A stretch of 64,000 nucleotides of DNA from an uncultured bacterium (GCA_963702025.1 OY969699.1:1440001-1504000), one strand, 5' to 3'; shown: positions 49,133 through 62,053, counted from the first letter of the stretch. A program made the numbers and translations. Notes: generated from the sequence alone by a model not told the origin.

Positions 49133-50572
49133 TTAATCGATAATCTCTTTGCCGGTCTCTGGATTTTTAAGGTGATAGTTTTTTACGATTCCGGTTAAAT
49201 CGGATTTATAATAAATCTTTAGCGGTAATTCAAAAAACTGATCATTCCAACTGATTCTTTTGCTATCGCCATCTCCCTGAGCAATCCAGATAAGGTCATT
49301 CACCTTACCATTGTATCGCGGACGATCCCCTGATCCTTTAATTTCCGGATGTTTTTTAAGGAAATTAAATATTTTATTCAATGCTTTTTGCGCGGCTTCT
49401 GTGCCATCATTACTATAGAATACAACAACCGGAAATTGATTTTTGCGAGATTCTTCATCATTAGATATTGCAACTTTAAATTCCTCAACGTAATTTTTAA
49501 GTTCCGGATCAGTGCTAAATTCATCAAAAATAAGAATAATTAATTTGGCCAAATTAGTTCCCGGTGCCGGCATAAGGTGAATTTTATAGCCATTGGCAAA
49601 CTCTTCTATCAACTTTTTCTTAAGCTCCTTATCGGCAGCATTCACCGCCTCCATTGCCATAACCTTGTTAATAACAACGGGAGACAATTTCCGTTGAACC
49701 TCTATGCTATTCTTCAACCGAGCCTTCTTATTTATCGGAAAAAAAACATAGCCGCTCGCAAAATATGATAAAGGTCTGCCCTGTTTATAAGTATCCCCGA
49801 TAAGCATAAACAGCTCCTTATTACGTTGAGCGTCATCTTTCTGATCCGCATCCAACTTTTTAAGCCATAAATCAGATTTTGATTTCAAGTATTCCAGAGC
49901 TCTTGCATAATATTCTTTTGGAAGTTCATTAAATAATAATGAAAAACGTTTTATTGTTGCCTCATCCTGAGGAGAAAATAAAGACTTTCTAGGTTGTAAT
50001 TCCGCAAGCGTCTTCGATTTTGCCGGCGCTACTTTTTGCATAGATGGTGCTACAAGCTCTTGGGTCAGTAACCGCAACTGTTGCTTTATTTCTCGTGGGC
50101 TCAATGTTAATTGTTGCGATTCTATGCGAGATAATGTTTTATCATCCATTTTATTTAATATTTGGTTGATTGAGTTGCTCAATAACATAGCATCAGCGGC
50201 AGAAAGTAGCTCTCCAATGGGTTGATTTTGTATCTTTCTTGTCAGCAATAAGGATATCCATGCAGCTTTTATTGACTTAATACTATTTTGAATCTCTCCC
50301 AGATATCCTTTTAGACTAGAAGGCGATAGAGCAAGATGCTGAGCAAATTGTACATTTTCTTGTTGATTCTTCTCATCCATAAGATGAATAATTTTGTCCT
50401 GCAGCTTTTGCAAATCAGCAAGATCATATGCCGCGAGTCCCATATCTTCATTATTTTTTTTAGCTGTCAACGCAGTCATTAATGTACCGCGCGGATGATC
50501 AACTTCCATTGCATTAACTAATAAGTGAGTGAAAAACATGACACTTATAAGAACTAGCTTAATAAAATTCAT
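49133..50572 (-). CDS. Secreted protein with possible phosphothreonine lyase / HopA1-like C-terminal domain
   Basis: Signal ...VNA-MEV; GYKIHLMP...EFKV...PVVVFY...PRYN. Confidence 0.55.
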   Translation of the reverse strand: MNFIKLVLISVMFFTHLLVNAMEVDHPRGTLMTALTAKKNNEDMGLAAYDLADLQKLQDKIIHLMDEKNQQENVQFAQHLALSPSSLKGYLGEIQNSIKSIKAAWISLLLTRKIQNQPIGELLSAADAMLLSNSINQILNKMDDKTLSRIESQQLTLSPREIKQQLRLLTQELVAPSMQKVAPAKSKTLAELQPRKSLFSPQDEATIKRFSLLFNELPKEYYARALEYLKSKSDLWLKKLDADQKDDAQRNKELFMLIGDTYKQGRPLSYFASGYVFFPINKKARLKNSIEVQRKLSPVVINKVMAMEAVNAADKELKKKLIEEFANGYKIHLMPAPGTNLAKLIILIFDEFSTDPELKNYVEEFKVAISNDEESRKNQFPVVVFYSNDGTEAAQKALNKIFNFLKKHPEIKGSGDRPRYNGKVNDLIWIAQGDGDSKRISWNDQFFELPLKIYYKSDLTGIVKNYHLKNPETGKEIID

Positions 50573-50687
50573 AAAATACTCTCCCAATTCTAATTGCTAC
50601 TTGTATTTTATCATTAAGAATACGACATAAGCAATAAGTTAAGGGAAAGTATTAAAAAAGATGAATTTAACAGTAGATTTTTATGTT

Positions 50688-50730
50688 AAAAGAAGAGCCT
50701 TGGGGAATTGATCCCCGAGGTTCTTCTTTT
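50688..50730 (-). terminator. Rho-independent (likely bidirectional) terminator
   Basis: aaaagaagagccttgggga...tccccgaggttcttctttt long stem. Confidence 0.75.
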
Positions 50731-50753
50731 ACTTAGTAAGACAATTAGTCTAA

Positions 50754-51341
50754 TTAATTTAATGCGGAAGCAACGTAATCATACGCTTCAGTTGATTTTT
50801 TATGCACAAAAGTAGAGAATCGATCAAGATATGGTTTTGCCACTATATAACAGCCAACCCCTGATAATAAAAGAAACGCGGCTTTCTTTTCAGCGCTTCC
50901 CGCAGCTGCTTTTTTAACAATTTCTCCCATTCCAAAAGGAAGATGGTTGGCAAAAAATCCATTATTGCCAGAAATAGAATCTTTTGAAAGTACAGCTCCC
51001 ATAAACGTAATAAGCGGAGCGGTAATCGCCATACTTTGTAATGCTTTTGCACGCTTAGGATCGACAAAAAGCGATAAACCGATCAGAACGCTGCTTGCTC
51101 CTGCCCCAATCTCAAATCCTGTATCTTGAATTAAAGCTATCTGCGACACTTTGCTACCAAGAACACCAACAACCGCAGCGCCAAGTATTGAACCGGCAAC
51201 ATTTGCTTTCGCCGCGTCCATTTCCTGTTGCTCATCCTCTTTTGATATCTTTATTTTTTCATCATGGGGAGTATGAGCAAATGCTGGCACAGCGCATACA
51301 AGAAGCAAGCCATACGAAAATATATTATTTCTCAATTTCAT
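50754..51341 (-). CDS. Membrane or secreted hypothetical protein
   Basis: AAGGA RBS; signal ending AFA; hydrophobic helices. Confidence 0.7.
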   Translation of the reverse strand: MKLRNNIFSYGLLLVCAVPAFAHTPHDEKIKISKEDEQQEMDAAKANVAGSILGAAVVGVLGSKVSQIALIQDTGFEIGAGASSVLIGLSLFVDPKRAKALQSMAITAPLITFMGAVLSKDSISGNNGFFANHLPFGMGEIVKKAAAGSAEKKAAFLLLSGVGCYIVAKPYLDRFSTFVHKKSTEAYDYVASALN

Positions 51342-51564
51342 TTGTATTCCTTAAACAATAAAAATTATATAACAACTACTAACTCATAATTTAAAATGCG
51401 CATTTTTATCATGTGAGTGTGATTAATTCTAAATTTTTACTTTTTTTTGTAAAGGATTAATTATACGAATTATTGTGCTATGCACAAGGCATGCATTATA
51501 ATTTTTAGAAAATGAAGCGGACGACGGCGGTTTTTCGTGCAAAGTAAAATAAGGAGTTCACCGT

Positions 51565-52491
51565 ATGGGCTATGGACTGTTGTTTATAAGCTTTTTCTTT
51601 GTGCCGTCAATATTCCCGCGTGCAATTACGTTCGACTTAAACGGTGGCCGGTTTGGTGATAATCTGAGCACCTACTGCAAAGCAAAATATTATGCACGGC
51701 AACACAAGTTAAAATTATTGTATAAGCCATTTAAAGACTCTGATCAACTTACCTTGCATACCGCCGAAGCTCTTTATACACCGGAGTTGAAAAATTCTTT
51801 TGATAAAATTATTCGTGTAAAAACGGAAAAAGATATTACGGAAAATAAAGATGATAATGTTTTGTTTGTCAGTGATTTTTATTCACAAACGCCCGGATTA
51901 TATGATTATAGTTTCAGAAACAATGCATTTGCTGCAGAGCTAAAAAAAATGCTCACCCCTATCAAACCGTTGCCATCATTAGAAAAAAATGACAACTCGA
52001 TTACCGTTGCACTCCATGTACGCAAAGGGGGAGGCTTTGACAAACCATTGGCATCAGATCAAGAAAATGCGGATCCGAATATAGCATATGCGGATAAAAT
52101 TTGGCCGACAAAATTTCCGCCGGACAGCTATTACATTGAGCAGATAAAAACGATACGCAGATTAATCAACGCAGAAAAATCGATTATTATTCATCTTTTT
52201 ACCGACGATCCCAATCCGGCATCAATTGCACAAAAATATGCGCAGGCCCTTAACGATTCATCTATAACATTCACCTATCGCAACAACAGCAATAGCCATG
52301 ATCATACTATCGTTGAAGACTTTTATTACATTTCTCAGTGCGATTGTTTGATCCGTTCCAGTTCGCTCTTTGCCACAGCTGCGCAACTACTGGGCAATCA
52401 TACCATTATTATCTATCCGATCTACGGAGTATGGCAGGAAAACAAGGCGGTAATTAATCCGGTCGGTATTATTATGAGAACTTTTAACTAA
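51565..52491 (+). CDS. GT11-like (alpha-1,2-fucosyltransferase-related) glycosyltransferase
   Basis: GGRFGDNL, ALHVRKG, FTDD and DF...CDCLIRSSSLF motifs. Confidence 0.72.
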   Translation: MGYGLLFISFFFVPSIFPRAITFDLNGGRFGDNLSTYCKAKYYARQHKLKLLYKPFKDSDQLTLHTAEALYTPELKNSFDKIIRVKTEKDITENKDDNVLFVSDFYSQTPGLYDYSFRNNAFAAELKKMLTPIKPLPSLEKNDNSITVALHVRKGGGFDKPLASDQENADPNIAYADKIWPTKFPPDSYYIEQIKTIRRLINAEKSIIIHLFTDDPNPASIAQKYAQALNDSSITFTYRNNSNSHDHTIVEDFYYISQCDCLIRSSSLFATAAQLLGNHTIIIYPIYGVWQENKAVINPVGIIMRTFN

Positions 52492-52919
52492 AAGTGCTCC
52501 GAATAGTGTTTGCCTTGCTGAATATATCCCCAGACTTTGCGATGCGCAGGAATAATATTGTCTGGAAGATTGTCAAACTCTATCCAACGAAATTCCTCAT
52601 GCTTTTCTGGTTCTTTGTTAATTAGATCGCCTTGCCATTTTTTGCATTGAAAGACAAATGCAACCAATTCATCATCTGCGCCTTTACGATAAAAAGTATG
52701 TACAAACGCAAGATCATCTTCTTGAATTATAATACCTAATTCTTCTTTCACTTCACGCGCAACCGCTTGTCTAAATGTCTCATTTTGCTCAACACGGCCG
52801 CCAGGCAAAGAATAGGCGCCCGGCGCAAACTTACTCATGGTACTGCGTTTAAGCATTAAGACTGAATCCCCCCGAACCAACATAACTAATGCATATGCCA
52901 CTAAAGCATGAGAAGACAT
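52488..52919 (-). CDS. NUDIX hydrolase
   Basis: GGRVEQNETFRQAVAREVKEELG; NKEPEK. Confidence 0.93.
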   Translation of the reverse strand: MSSHALVAYALVMLVRGDSVLMLKRSTMSKFAPGAYSLPGGRVEQNETFRQAVAREVKEELGIIIQEDDLAFVHTFYRKGADDELVAFVFQCKKWQGDLINKEPEKHEEFRWIEFDNLPDNIIPAHRKVWGYIQQGKHYSEHF

Positions 52920-52953
52920 TTTTGCTCCTTTTATATCGACAAGATCACTTCAA

Positions 52954-53331
52954 CTAAACAAGTATCTGACAAACTTGGAATTTATTACCATCCCCATCAG
53001 TAAAAAATAACATTTTTACATGACCGGGCACTTCAACGATATCACCAAGCAGAGTAACGCCTTGTTTTTCAAACAATGCTTTAACCGCAACAATATCATC
53101 AACGGTAAAGGTAAGAATTGCATTTTCACCCGGCTTCACTTCTTTGCCGTACTGCGGATTATATTGTCCGACGCCCAAGGTACACCCGCCATCTTTTGCC
53201 GCAAGCTCGAGCCAGCCATATTCGGGTGTTTCAGTGCGAAGTTCAAGACCCACCACTTCGGTAAAAAATTTTTTTGCCTTGTTAATATCTGATACGGTGA
53301 TCCATGCAAGATCGGAACGTTTTGCGATCAT
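52954..53331 (-). CDS. VOC / glyoxalase family protein
   Basis: VSDINKAKKFF..VVG, FTVDDI and FTDGDGN motifs. Confidence 0.9.
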   Translation of the reverse strand: MIAKRSDLAWITVSDINKAKKFFTEVVGLELRTETPEYGWLELAAKDGGCTLGVGQYNPQYGKEVKPGENAILTFTVDDIVAVKALFEKQGVTLLGDIVEVPGHVKMLFFTDGDGNKFQVCQILV

Positions 53332-53382
53332 AAAATAACCTTTACAAGTAATGTATTAATAATGTTTAAAAAAATCTGCTCA

Positions 53383-54027
53383 TTACTCACTATCTTTAGG
53401 AAAATATGTCTCAACTATTTTTTTTGCCACTGCGCAAACTGATTTGAAGGCACTTGGCTTAGCTTGCTCTCTGGCAATTGCAGCTTTAGCAATCGCAGCT
53501 TTTTTTTCATTTGCTAGGTTATGCAGAGTCTCTAAAAAATGAGCCATTTCAGCTGTTGTCTGCGCAGGAGAATATCCTACTTCTTTGCATAAATGTTCGG
53601 AATGGTAATTTGGTTGCCAAAATTGGCAATCGCCAACGGCGCGCGTCCAATCATTATCAGAAGTATGACATTTTGCATAAGAAACTGATTTTTCAAAAAC
53701 TTCAGGAGAAGCATCACCATTTTTTATTCGCTCATTTGCATCTTTTGATTCCATCTCAGTTGCCGCATATTTAGCGCACCATAAAAATTCTTTCATTCTT
53801 TTGCAATGATAATCCACGCTTTCATTCTTAAAAATTAAATTCGTACATGCTTCACGTATTAGCGAACTTTGATTAAGAAAATGCATTTCATTCTCTGTAA
53901 ACTCGTGATTTTCTTCGTTTTTCATTTGTTCAGATTGCATCGGATGTAGAGAACATGCGCTCAGCAAACAAAGACTAAATAATAAATTTTTTTTGCAGCT
54001 ATTGGCAAACTTAAGAGCAGCGATCAT
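53383..54027 (-). CDS. Secreted hypothetical protein
   Basis: Leader ending ...SLHP-MQS; the longer ORF-track start overlaps the rrn terminator. Confidence 0.6.
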   Translation of the reverse strand: MIAALKFANSCKKNLLFSLCLLSACSLHPMQSEQMKNEENHEFTENEMHFLNQSSLIREACTNLIFKNESVDYHCKRMKEFLWCAKYAATEMESKDANERIKNGDASPEVFEKSVSYAKCHTSDNDWTRAVGDCQFWQPNYHSEHLCKEVGYSPAQTTAEMAHFLETLHNLANEKKAAIAKAAIAREQAKPSAFKSVCAVAKKIVETYFPKDSE

Positions 54028-54085
54028 ACAAAACCCTTCATATATATAAAAAATTACAGCTCTTCTCAATAACAAAAAAACCATC

Positions 54086-54121
54086 AAAAAAAAAGCCTCG
54101 AAATTAATCGAGGCTTTTTTT
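54086..54121 (-). terminator. rrn operon terminator
   Basis: A9-gcctcga-N6-tcgaggc-T-run directly after 5S. Confidence 0.88.
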
Positions 54122-54239
54122 AACCTGGCAGTACCTACATTTCCAGTCCGTTACCAGACAAGTATTCTCAGCGCTACAGACTTAACTGCCGTATTCGGGA
54201 TGGGAACGGGTGTTTCCCTGTAGCTATACCCACCAGAAA
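54122..54239 (-). rRNA. rrf: 5S rRNA
   Basis: Reverse complement CTGGTGG..ACACCCGTTCCCATCCCGAATACGGCAGTTAAG..CTGCCAGG; ends approximate. Confidence 0.95.
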
Positions 54240-54758
54240 TTTTTCAATATTTGTCTCTTGTGTTCTTTGGTAATTTTTTAAATTCCATTTTTTTAAGATT
54301 AATGTGCGATTCACGCATGAACCACAGCTTATCTTATATTTTGTTAAGACAAAGGTAATGTAAATTAAGTACTCAAACTGAATAACCAAAAATTTAATGT
54401 GATAAAAACATTCGATCTATTAGTACTGGTTAGCTGAACACCTTACGGTGCTTACACATCCAGCCTATCAACCTTGTAGTCTTCAAGGGATCTTAATGTA
54501 TTGGCTTACGCCAATACGGGGTATCTTATCTTGGAGCGAGTTTCCCACTTAGATGCTTTCAGCGGTTATCTCTAATAAGCTTAGCTACCCAGCGTTGCTC
54601 TTGGGGAACAACTGGAACACCAGAGGCTTACTCATCCCGGTCCTCTCGTACTAGGGACAACCCTCCTCAAATACCCTGCGCCCACGGAGGATAAGGACCG
54701 AACTGTCTTACGACGTTCTGAACCCAGATCACGTTCCACTTTAATTGGCGAACAGCCA

Positions 54759-54792
<34 letters not shown>

Positions 54793-54844
54793 AGATCCGA
54801 CATCGAGGTGCCAAACCTCCTCGTCGATATGGACTCTTAGAGGA

Positions 54845-54881
<37 letters not shown>

Positions 54882-55388
54882 TAGCAATGGCCCTTCCATG
54901 CGGGACCACTGGATCACTAAGTCCTGCTTTCGCATCTGCTCGACTTGTTTGTCTTACAGTTAAGCTCTCTTATGCCTTTACACTCGACAGACGATTTCTA
55001 TTCGTCATGAGAGAACCTTTGAACGCCTCCGTTACATTTTAGGAGGCGACCACCCCAGTCAAACTACCCACCAGACACTGTTTTTCGCCCGGATTACGGG
55101 ACGAAGTTAGATCTTCGAACAAATAAGGGCGGTATTTCAACGTTGACTCCATCGCAGCTAGCGCCACAACTTCACAGTCTCCCGCCTATCCTACACAAAC
55201 CAATCCAAAAATCAATGTCAAGCTATAGTAAAGGTGCACGGGGTCTTTCCGTCCTTCCGCGGGTAACCGGCATTTTCACCGGTACTACAAATTCACTGAG
55301 TTTATCATCAAGACAGTGCCCAACTCGTTACGCCATTCATGCGGGTCAGAACTTACCTGACAAGGGACTTCGCTACCTTAGGACCGTT

Positions 55389-56134
55389 CATATTGTTAAC
55401 TCTTAAAAGTTAAGAGCTGTAAAGCCGAATGACTTTGGTGCTTTACACTCTATGTCGCCATAGAGATCGGACTATATCATCTCAATTGCTTGAGTCTGGC
55501 GTATAGTCTCTGAGGATTCTTCAATTTGATCAGCTTAAAGTTGCAAGAATTTCTTTATCGCTAAATTTTCTCTTGCCACCATAATTCATCTGATTTCTCA
55601 GATTCAAGATCAACTTAATACTTTCTTCAGAAATCGGCTTTTCGCATAAAATAATTTCTAAAATTTCACAAAATTTTGAAAAATCATTTTTCTTTTTATC
55701 TGATAAGAAAGGAAATCGCTTAAAAAAGGGCACAACATTATTAACTAAATGTTCAAGATTGTTAACCTCATAATACCAAACATTATCAGGCCTCGCTCTT
55801 AATGTGCCGCATTTTAAATACTCCTTGAATATCCGAAGAATTGCTATGTCTTTGTTTGAAACATTAAAGCAGGCAGAAACTTTCCATCCGCTTTTATAAT
55901 CACTTCTTCTTCTAAACGAGAAGTTAAAACTTCCTTCGCCATCAGTAAAACCAGCGATGTAGTAACCAATTTCTATCGGTATCATATTAGGATTGAACTG
56001 CATCAAATTAAAGCCTTTCCTGCTGATTGTCTCCACCTGCACATTGTCACTTACTATAAGTATAGCAAGTAGCACAGGATACACGAGATGTTCCAGCATA
56101 TAGCCAGATTTTACAACTACAATGGTCCAATATC
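55389..56134 (-). mobile_element. Group I self-splicing intron at LSU position 1917 (746 nt)
   Basis: Splits GTAACTAT^AACGGTCC. IGS GUAGUUG pairs with the exon through a U.G wobble. P (AUGCUGGAA), Q (AAUCAGCAGG), R (UCAGAGACUA) and S (GAUAUAGUCC) elements present; terminal G. Confidence 0.96.
55530..56003 (-). CDS. Intron-encoded single-motif LAGLIDADG homing endonuclease (157 aa)
   Basis: YIAGFTDGEGSF motif; ORF lies between Q and R; AGGAAAGG upstream of ATG 56003. Confidence 0.93.
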   Translation of the reverse strand: MQFNPNMIPIEIGYYIAGFTDGEGSFNFSFRRRSDYKSGWKVSACFNVSNKDIAILRIFKEYLKCGTLRARPDNVWYYEVNNLEHLVNNVVPFFKRFPFLSDKKKNDFSKFCEILEIILCEKPISEESIKLILNLRNQMNYGGKRKFSDKEILATLS

Positions 56135-56339
56135 ATAGTTACGGCCGCCGTTTACCGGGGCTTCAATTCAAAGCTTTGCCTTACGGCTGACTTCTCCTAT
56201 TGACCTTCCGGCACTGGGCAGGCGTCAGACTCTATACTTCCTCTTACGAGTTTGCAGAGCCCTGTGTTTTTGTTAAACAGTCGGTTGGGCCTCTTTGTTG
56301 AAACCTAACAATGCTTTTAAAGTAAACTTTATAACATTA

Positions 56340-56386
<47 letters not shown>

Positions 56387-56960
56387 TAATGATAATTATC
56401 TCAACGCCTGAGCATACTCTGCTCATCTACCTGTGTCAGTTTGCGGTACGATCATTCAATAACTTGCTAGAAGCTTTTCTAGTCAGTGTGGGATCGATTA
56501 AATACATCTTTTACAAAGAATTGATGTACCCATCACGCTTCAAGGATAGCAGTCCTGCGGATTTGCCTACAGAACTCCTCTTTGCGCTTAGCTTAACTTC
56601 CAATCATCAAGTTAACCTACCCTACTGCGTCACTTCTTCACTCAAACGTTATTAAACGGTGCAGGAATATTTAGCCTGCTTTCCATCACCTACTCCAATT
56701 GGCCTCGGCTTAGGTATCGACTAACCCTGAGTGGATAAACCGTTCTCACGGAAACCTTAGATTTTCGGCGAACAGGAATTTCACCTGTTTTTTCGTTACT
56801 TATACCAACATACTCACTTCTGTAACCTCATAATCTGTCCTCGCGGTCAGACTTGTATCTATTACAGAACGCTCCCCTACCCCTGCAAAAAACGCGAAGT
56901 TTAATGCAAGCCATAGCTTCGGTAATTCATTTAAGCCCCGTTCGTTCTTCAGCGCAAAAA

Positions 56961-57023
<63 letters not shown>

Positions 57024-57593
57024 TTGTCTGTGTATTTTCACCTCTTTTACCACTTAATGAATATTTAAGGACCTTAGCTGATGGTCTGGGCTGTTTCCCT
57101 CTCGACTATGAAGCTTATCCCCCACAGTCTGACTCCTGTTTTCTAACGTTTCAGCATTCAGAGTTAGTAAAAATCCGGTAAACTTACGTCCCCAAAATTT
57201 CAACTGTGCTTTACCGCCAAAACGGATTCAACAGGGCTATACCTAAATATATTTCGGGGAGAACCAGCTATTTCCCAGTTTGATTGGCCTTTCACCCCTA
57301 TCCACACCTCATCCGAGCAGTTTTCAACCCACACCGGTTCGGGCCTCCATCTCATGTTACTGAGATTTCACCCTGGACATGGATAGCTCACTAGGTTTCG
57401 GGTCTACCCCACGTTACTAAACGCCCTATTCAGACTCGCTTTCGCTACGGCTCCGTTCTTTCTAAACTTAACCTTGCAACGTATGGTAACTCGTTGGCTC
57501 ATTATGCAAAAGGTACGTGGTTGCGCATACGTATATATCGCTTCCACCGCTTGTAGACATTTGGTTTCAGTTTCTATTTCACTCCCCTTCCGG

Positions 57594-57625
<32 letters not shown>

Positions 57626-58332
57626 GCACTATCGGTCATCAAGAAGTATTTAGCCTTACCCAATGGTCTGGGCAGATTCACACGGAATTTCACGTGCTCC
57701 ATGTTACTCGGGTGTATAAGTTATTGGTTTGTATATCGATTCGCGTACAAGGCTGTCACTTTCTATGGCTGTCCTTTCCAGAACAATTCAGCTTTGATAT
57801 ACTACACAACGCAAAAACTGCATTCTTTGCACACTTATATCCCACAACCCTTAAATCACAACGCATACAGGCTTTAACATGATTTAAGTTTAGGCTCTTT
57901 CCCTTTCGCTCACCACTACTGAGGAAATCACGTTGTTTTCTTTTCCTGGCACTACTTAGATGTTTCAGTTCATGCCGTTCGCCTTTTTACCTTATGTATT
58001 CAGATAAAAATACCCTGATTTTTTCAGGGTGGATTTCTCCATTCGGACACCTTCGGATCAATGCTTGATTGACAGCTCCCCGAAGCTTTTGGCAGCCTTC
58101 CGCCTCCTTCATCGCCTCTTGATGCCAAGGCATCCACCAAATGCCCTTTAAAATTAATCACAAATTTGCTGGTTACCCATTTAGCTTGAGTACTTAATTT
58201 ACATAAATTTCAAAGAACACAAGAAATTTTTTATTACTACTCGTAAATTTATTTATGAATTATATTTTACATGAAAAAAACAAACTGTCAATTTTTTCTC
58301 ATCGCTTGTGCGTAGAAAAATGGGTTTTAAAT

Positions 58333-58408
58333 TGGTGGAGGCAAGCGGATTCGAACCGCTGACCTTCCGCGTGCAAAACGGACGCTCTACCAACTGAGCT
58401 ATGCCCCC
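58333..58408 (-). tRNA. tRNA-Ala(TGC)
   Basis: GGGGGCATAGCTCAG..TTTGCAC..GTTCGAATC..CTCCACCA; G3:U70 pair. Confidence 0.97.
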
Positions 58409-58446
58409 GCATTCTTTCTGTCGCCCATGAGTCAAAGCACCAAAAT

Positions 58447-58523
58447 TGGTGGGCCTAAGTCGACTCGAACGACTGACCTCCCCGTTATCAGCGGGGTGCT
58501 CTAACCACCTGAGCTACAGGCCC
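58447..58523 (-). tRNA. tRNA-Ile(GAT)
   Basis: GGGCCTGTAGCTCAG..CTGATAA..GTTCGAG..GGCCCACCA. Confidence 0.97.
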
Positions 58524-58610
58524 AGAATTTAGAGCCCTACCAGCTCTATAAAAGTCCAAAACACACCTATGTTTAAAGAATCAATAAGATTCTTTAAGGT
58601 ATCTCCCTCG

Positions 58611-60155
<1,545 letters not shown>

Positions 60156-60271
60156 AAAATATATAAAGAGTTTTGGATTCTCTCATTAGAACTGGTAGGT
60201 AATTTGTTTTCCATGTATTTCAAAGAATTTTCTTAATTTTTGCTCGATGTTTTATCGAAGATTCAGGTAAA

Positions 60272-60299
60272 ATTATACAAGCATTCGCAAGAGAGTCAA
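60272..60299 (-). promoter_or_regulatory. rrn sigma70 promoter
   Basis: TTGACT-16 bp-TATAAT with AT-rich upstream region; boxA-like TTCTTTGAAA near 60220 and again in the ITS near 58210. Confidence 0.8.
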
Positions 60300-60779
60300 C
60301 ACTTTTTTAAAAATATTTTAAAGTTTTTTTAAGTTGCCCTTAAAAGCCGAATTCATTTTAAATGAAAAAATGAATTTTATATTTTCGAATACATCGATTC
60401 AAACGTGGTTCTATTAAGCTTATAGTAAAATTAGTAAAAATGAAACTTCTGCCTTTTTATAAAAAGAGAACTTAAAGAAATGGGCATCAATTTCTACTTA
60501 TCTACAAAAAAAATGGTTTTATGGCTCGCACTGGTGAACGGTTTTTTCATATATATAATGGTAAGATTTCCTCGCGCCCGCCAAAAATACACTTTTCACC
60601 TTCTGCGTTCACGCCCGCTTGAGACCTAATTTAGTAGTTATGAAACCTTTTTCACCCTATCTCAGCAATTACTCAGGGGTGAGAACATCTCAAAACTAAT
60701 CTTTTGACAAAAATACAAAATGGATTAATATAATATTATTGTATTTGTAATTTTTAAATTGTCAAGTAAGGAATAAATC

Positions 60780-61988
60780 ATGAATAATCCTGCCTATATC
60801 ATACTCAGTCTTTTATCTTTCAGAGCTGCAATAGCTATGGAACTTCCTGATACAAAACTCAACAAAATCAGGAATCTTTTAGAAAACAATGCCTCGGAAG
60901 AGAAAAATGCACAATTTTTAGGCGAGAATTTTGGTTACCATCCTAAATTTGAAATAGTAAATGATGGCCTGAGCAGCCCCGAAGTGGAAACTATAACAAT
61001 TGCTCCTCATGGATATGGCGGCGATAAGAACCAGTTTGGAAGTAACTTTAATTATCAGGGGCATCGCATAATTTTTAATTTTAAAGATGCTAATCAAGGA
61101 GAAGGCCCAGGCTTAGCAAATACTAGTTTTGGGCAACTTTCAGAAATTAAACCATTTTTATATGCAATGTTAATGGCCACGCAAGCAGGATACAAAAAAG
61201 TTGACTGTATTGGCTATTCCCGTGGTGGCGCTGTAGTAATTAATGCAATTGGGTTACTCAATAACGATAATATTTTTACTGAAGCTAACAACACACAAAA
61301 AGAATTGGAATGCATCGGCATAAACAATGACAATCGAAAAGAGTTACTGAAATTGATTCAAGATGGCAAACTTATACTCATCTGCCCAATGTTAGAGTTA
61401 ACTACCGCAGTACAGGCAATAATTAAGACCGGGGCTAAGATAACCACTGATGCCATAATAGCATCAAGCCCAGTGCAATCATCACTTGAATCTCAGTATA
61501 TTCAACTGCCAACAAGGATGGCACAAGGCATATGGTATTATGTACCGGATTTCCTCAAAAATCTGTCGAAACTATCGTTCAATCTCGGTGCAAATGTTTC
61601 TTCAATCGGCGCAGACATTTCTGCACATGAAACAGCGGTATCCGCATCCGACGTGGCGCTGCCATTTATATCCCAATACAGACCATGGAGCTTTGCACCC
61701 ATGAAGTCAATCGAAAACTTTAAAGGATTAAAACTTGCCACATTAATCCATTTCGGAACCCATGACCCGGTTGTTGGCAACGCGCATGATAAAGAGTTTT
61801 TTAAGAGACTAAAAGGCATGAACCCAGAGACAACCTATGTACACAGAAGCGATAATGGTCACAATATGGGTAGAGAATTCTATGAGCTCATGGCTCTCTT
61901 TAATGCACGCCATGGTGCACAATCAAATTACCTTGGGGATACGTCCAAACTTGATGAATATAAAGATTGGAAAGATCTGACCAAATAA
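60780..61988 (+). CDS. Secreted alpha/beta hydrolase-fold protein (AMELP leader)
   Basis: Signal ...AIA-MELP; HGYGG, GYSRGG, DPVV and GH motifs. Confidence 0.8.
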   Translation: MNNPAYIILSLLSFRAAIAMELPDTKLNKIRNLLENNASEEKNAQFLGENFGYHPKFEIVNDGLSSPEVETITIAPHGYGGDKNQFGSNFNYQGHRIIFNFKDANQGEGPGLANTSFGQLSEIKPFLYAMLMATQAGYKKVDCIGYSRGGAVVINAIGLLNNDNIFTEANNTQKELECIGINNDNRKELLKLIQDGKLILICPMLELTTAVQAIIKTGAKITTDAIIASSPVQSSLESQYIQLPTRMAQGIWYYVPDFLKNLSKLSFNLGANVSSIGADISAHETAVSASDVALPFISQYRPWSFAPMKSIENFKGLKLATLIHFGTHDPVVGNAHDKEFFKRLKGMNPETTYVHRSDNGHNMGREFYELMALFNARHGAQSNYLGDTSKLDEYKDWKDLTK

Positions 61989-62015
61989 TACTATCATCGC
62001 TTGCAATCTTAAATT

Positions 62016-62053
62016 ATGGCCACATTAGGTATATTCCTTGTGGCCATCTTTTT
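62016..62053 (+). terminator. Rho-independent terminator
   Basis: atggccaca...tgtggccat followed by a T-run. Confidence 0.65.

Noticed and set aside
56004..56099. 32-aa N-terminal extension of the homing endonuclease given by the ORF track
   Set aside because: It overlaps the ribozyme P and Q core; the ATG at 56003 has an RBS and gives a typical single-motif size
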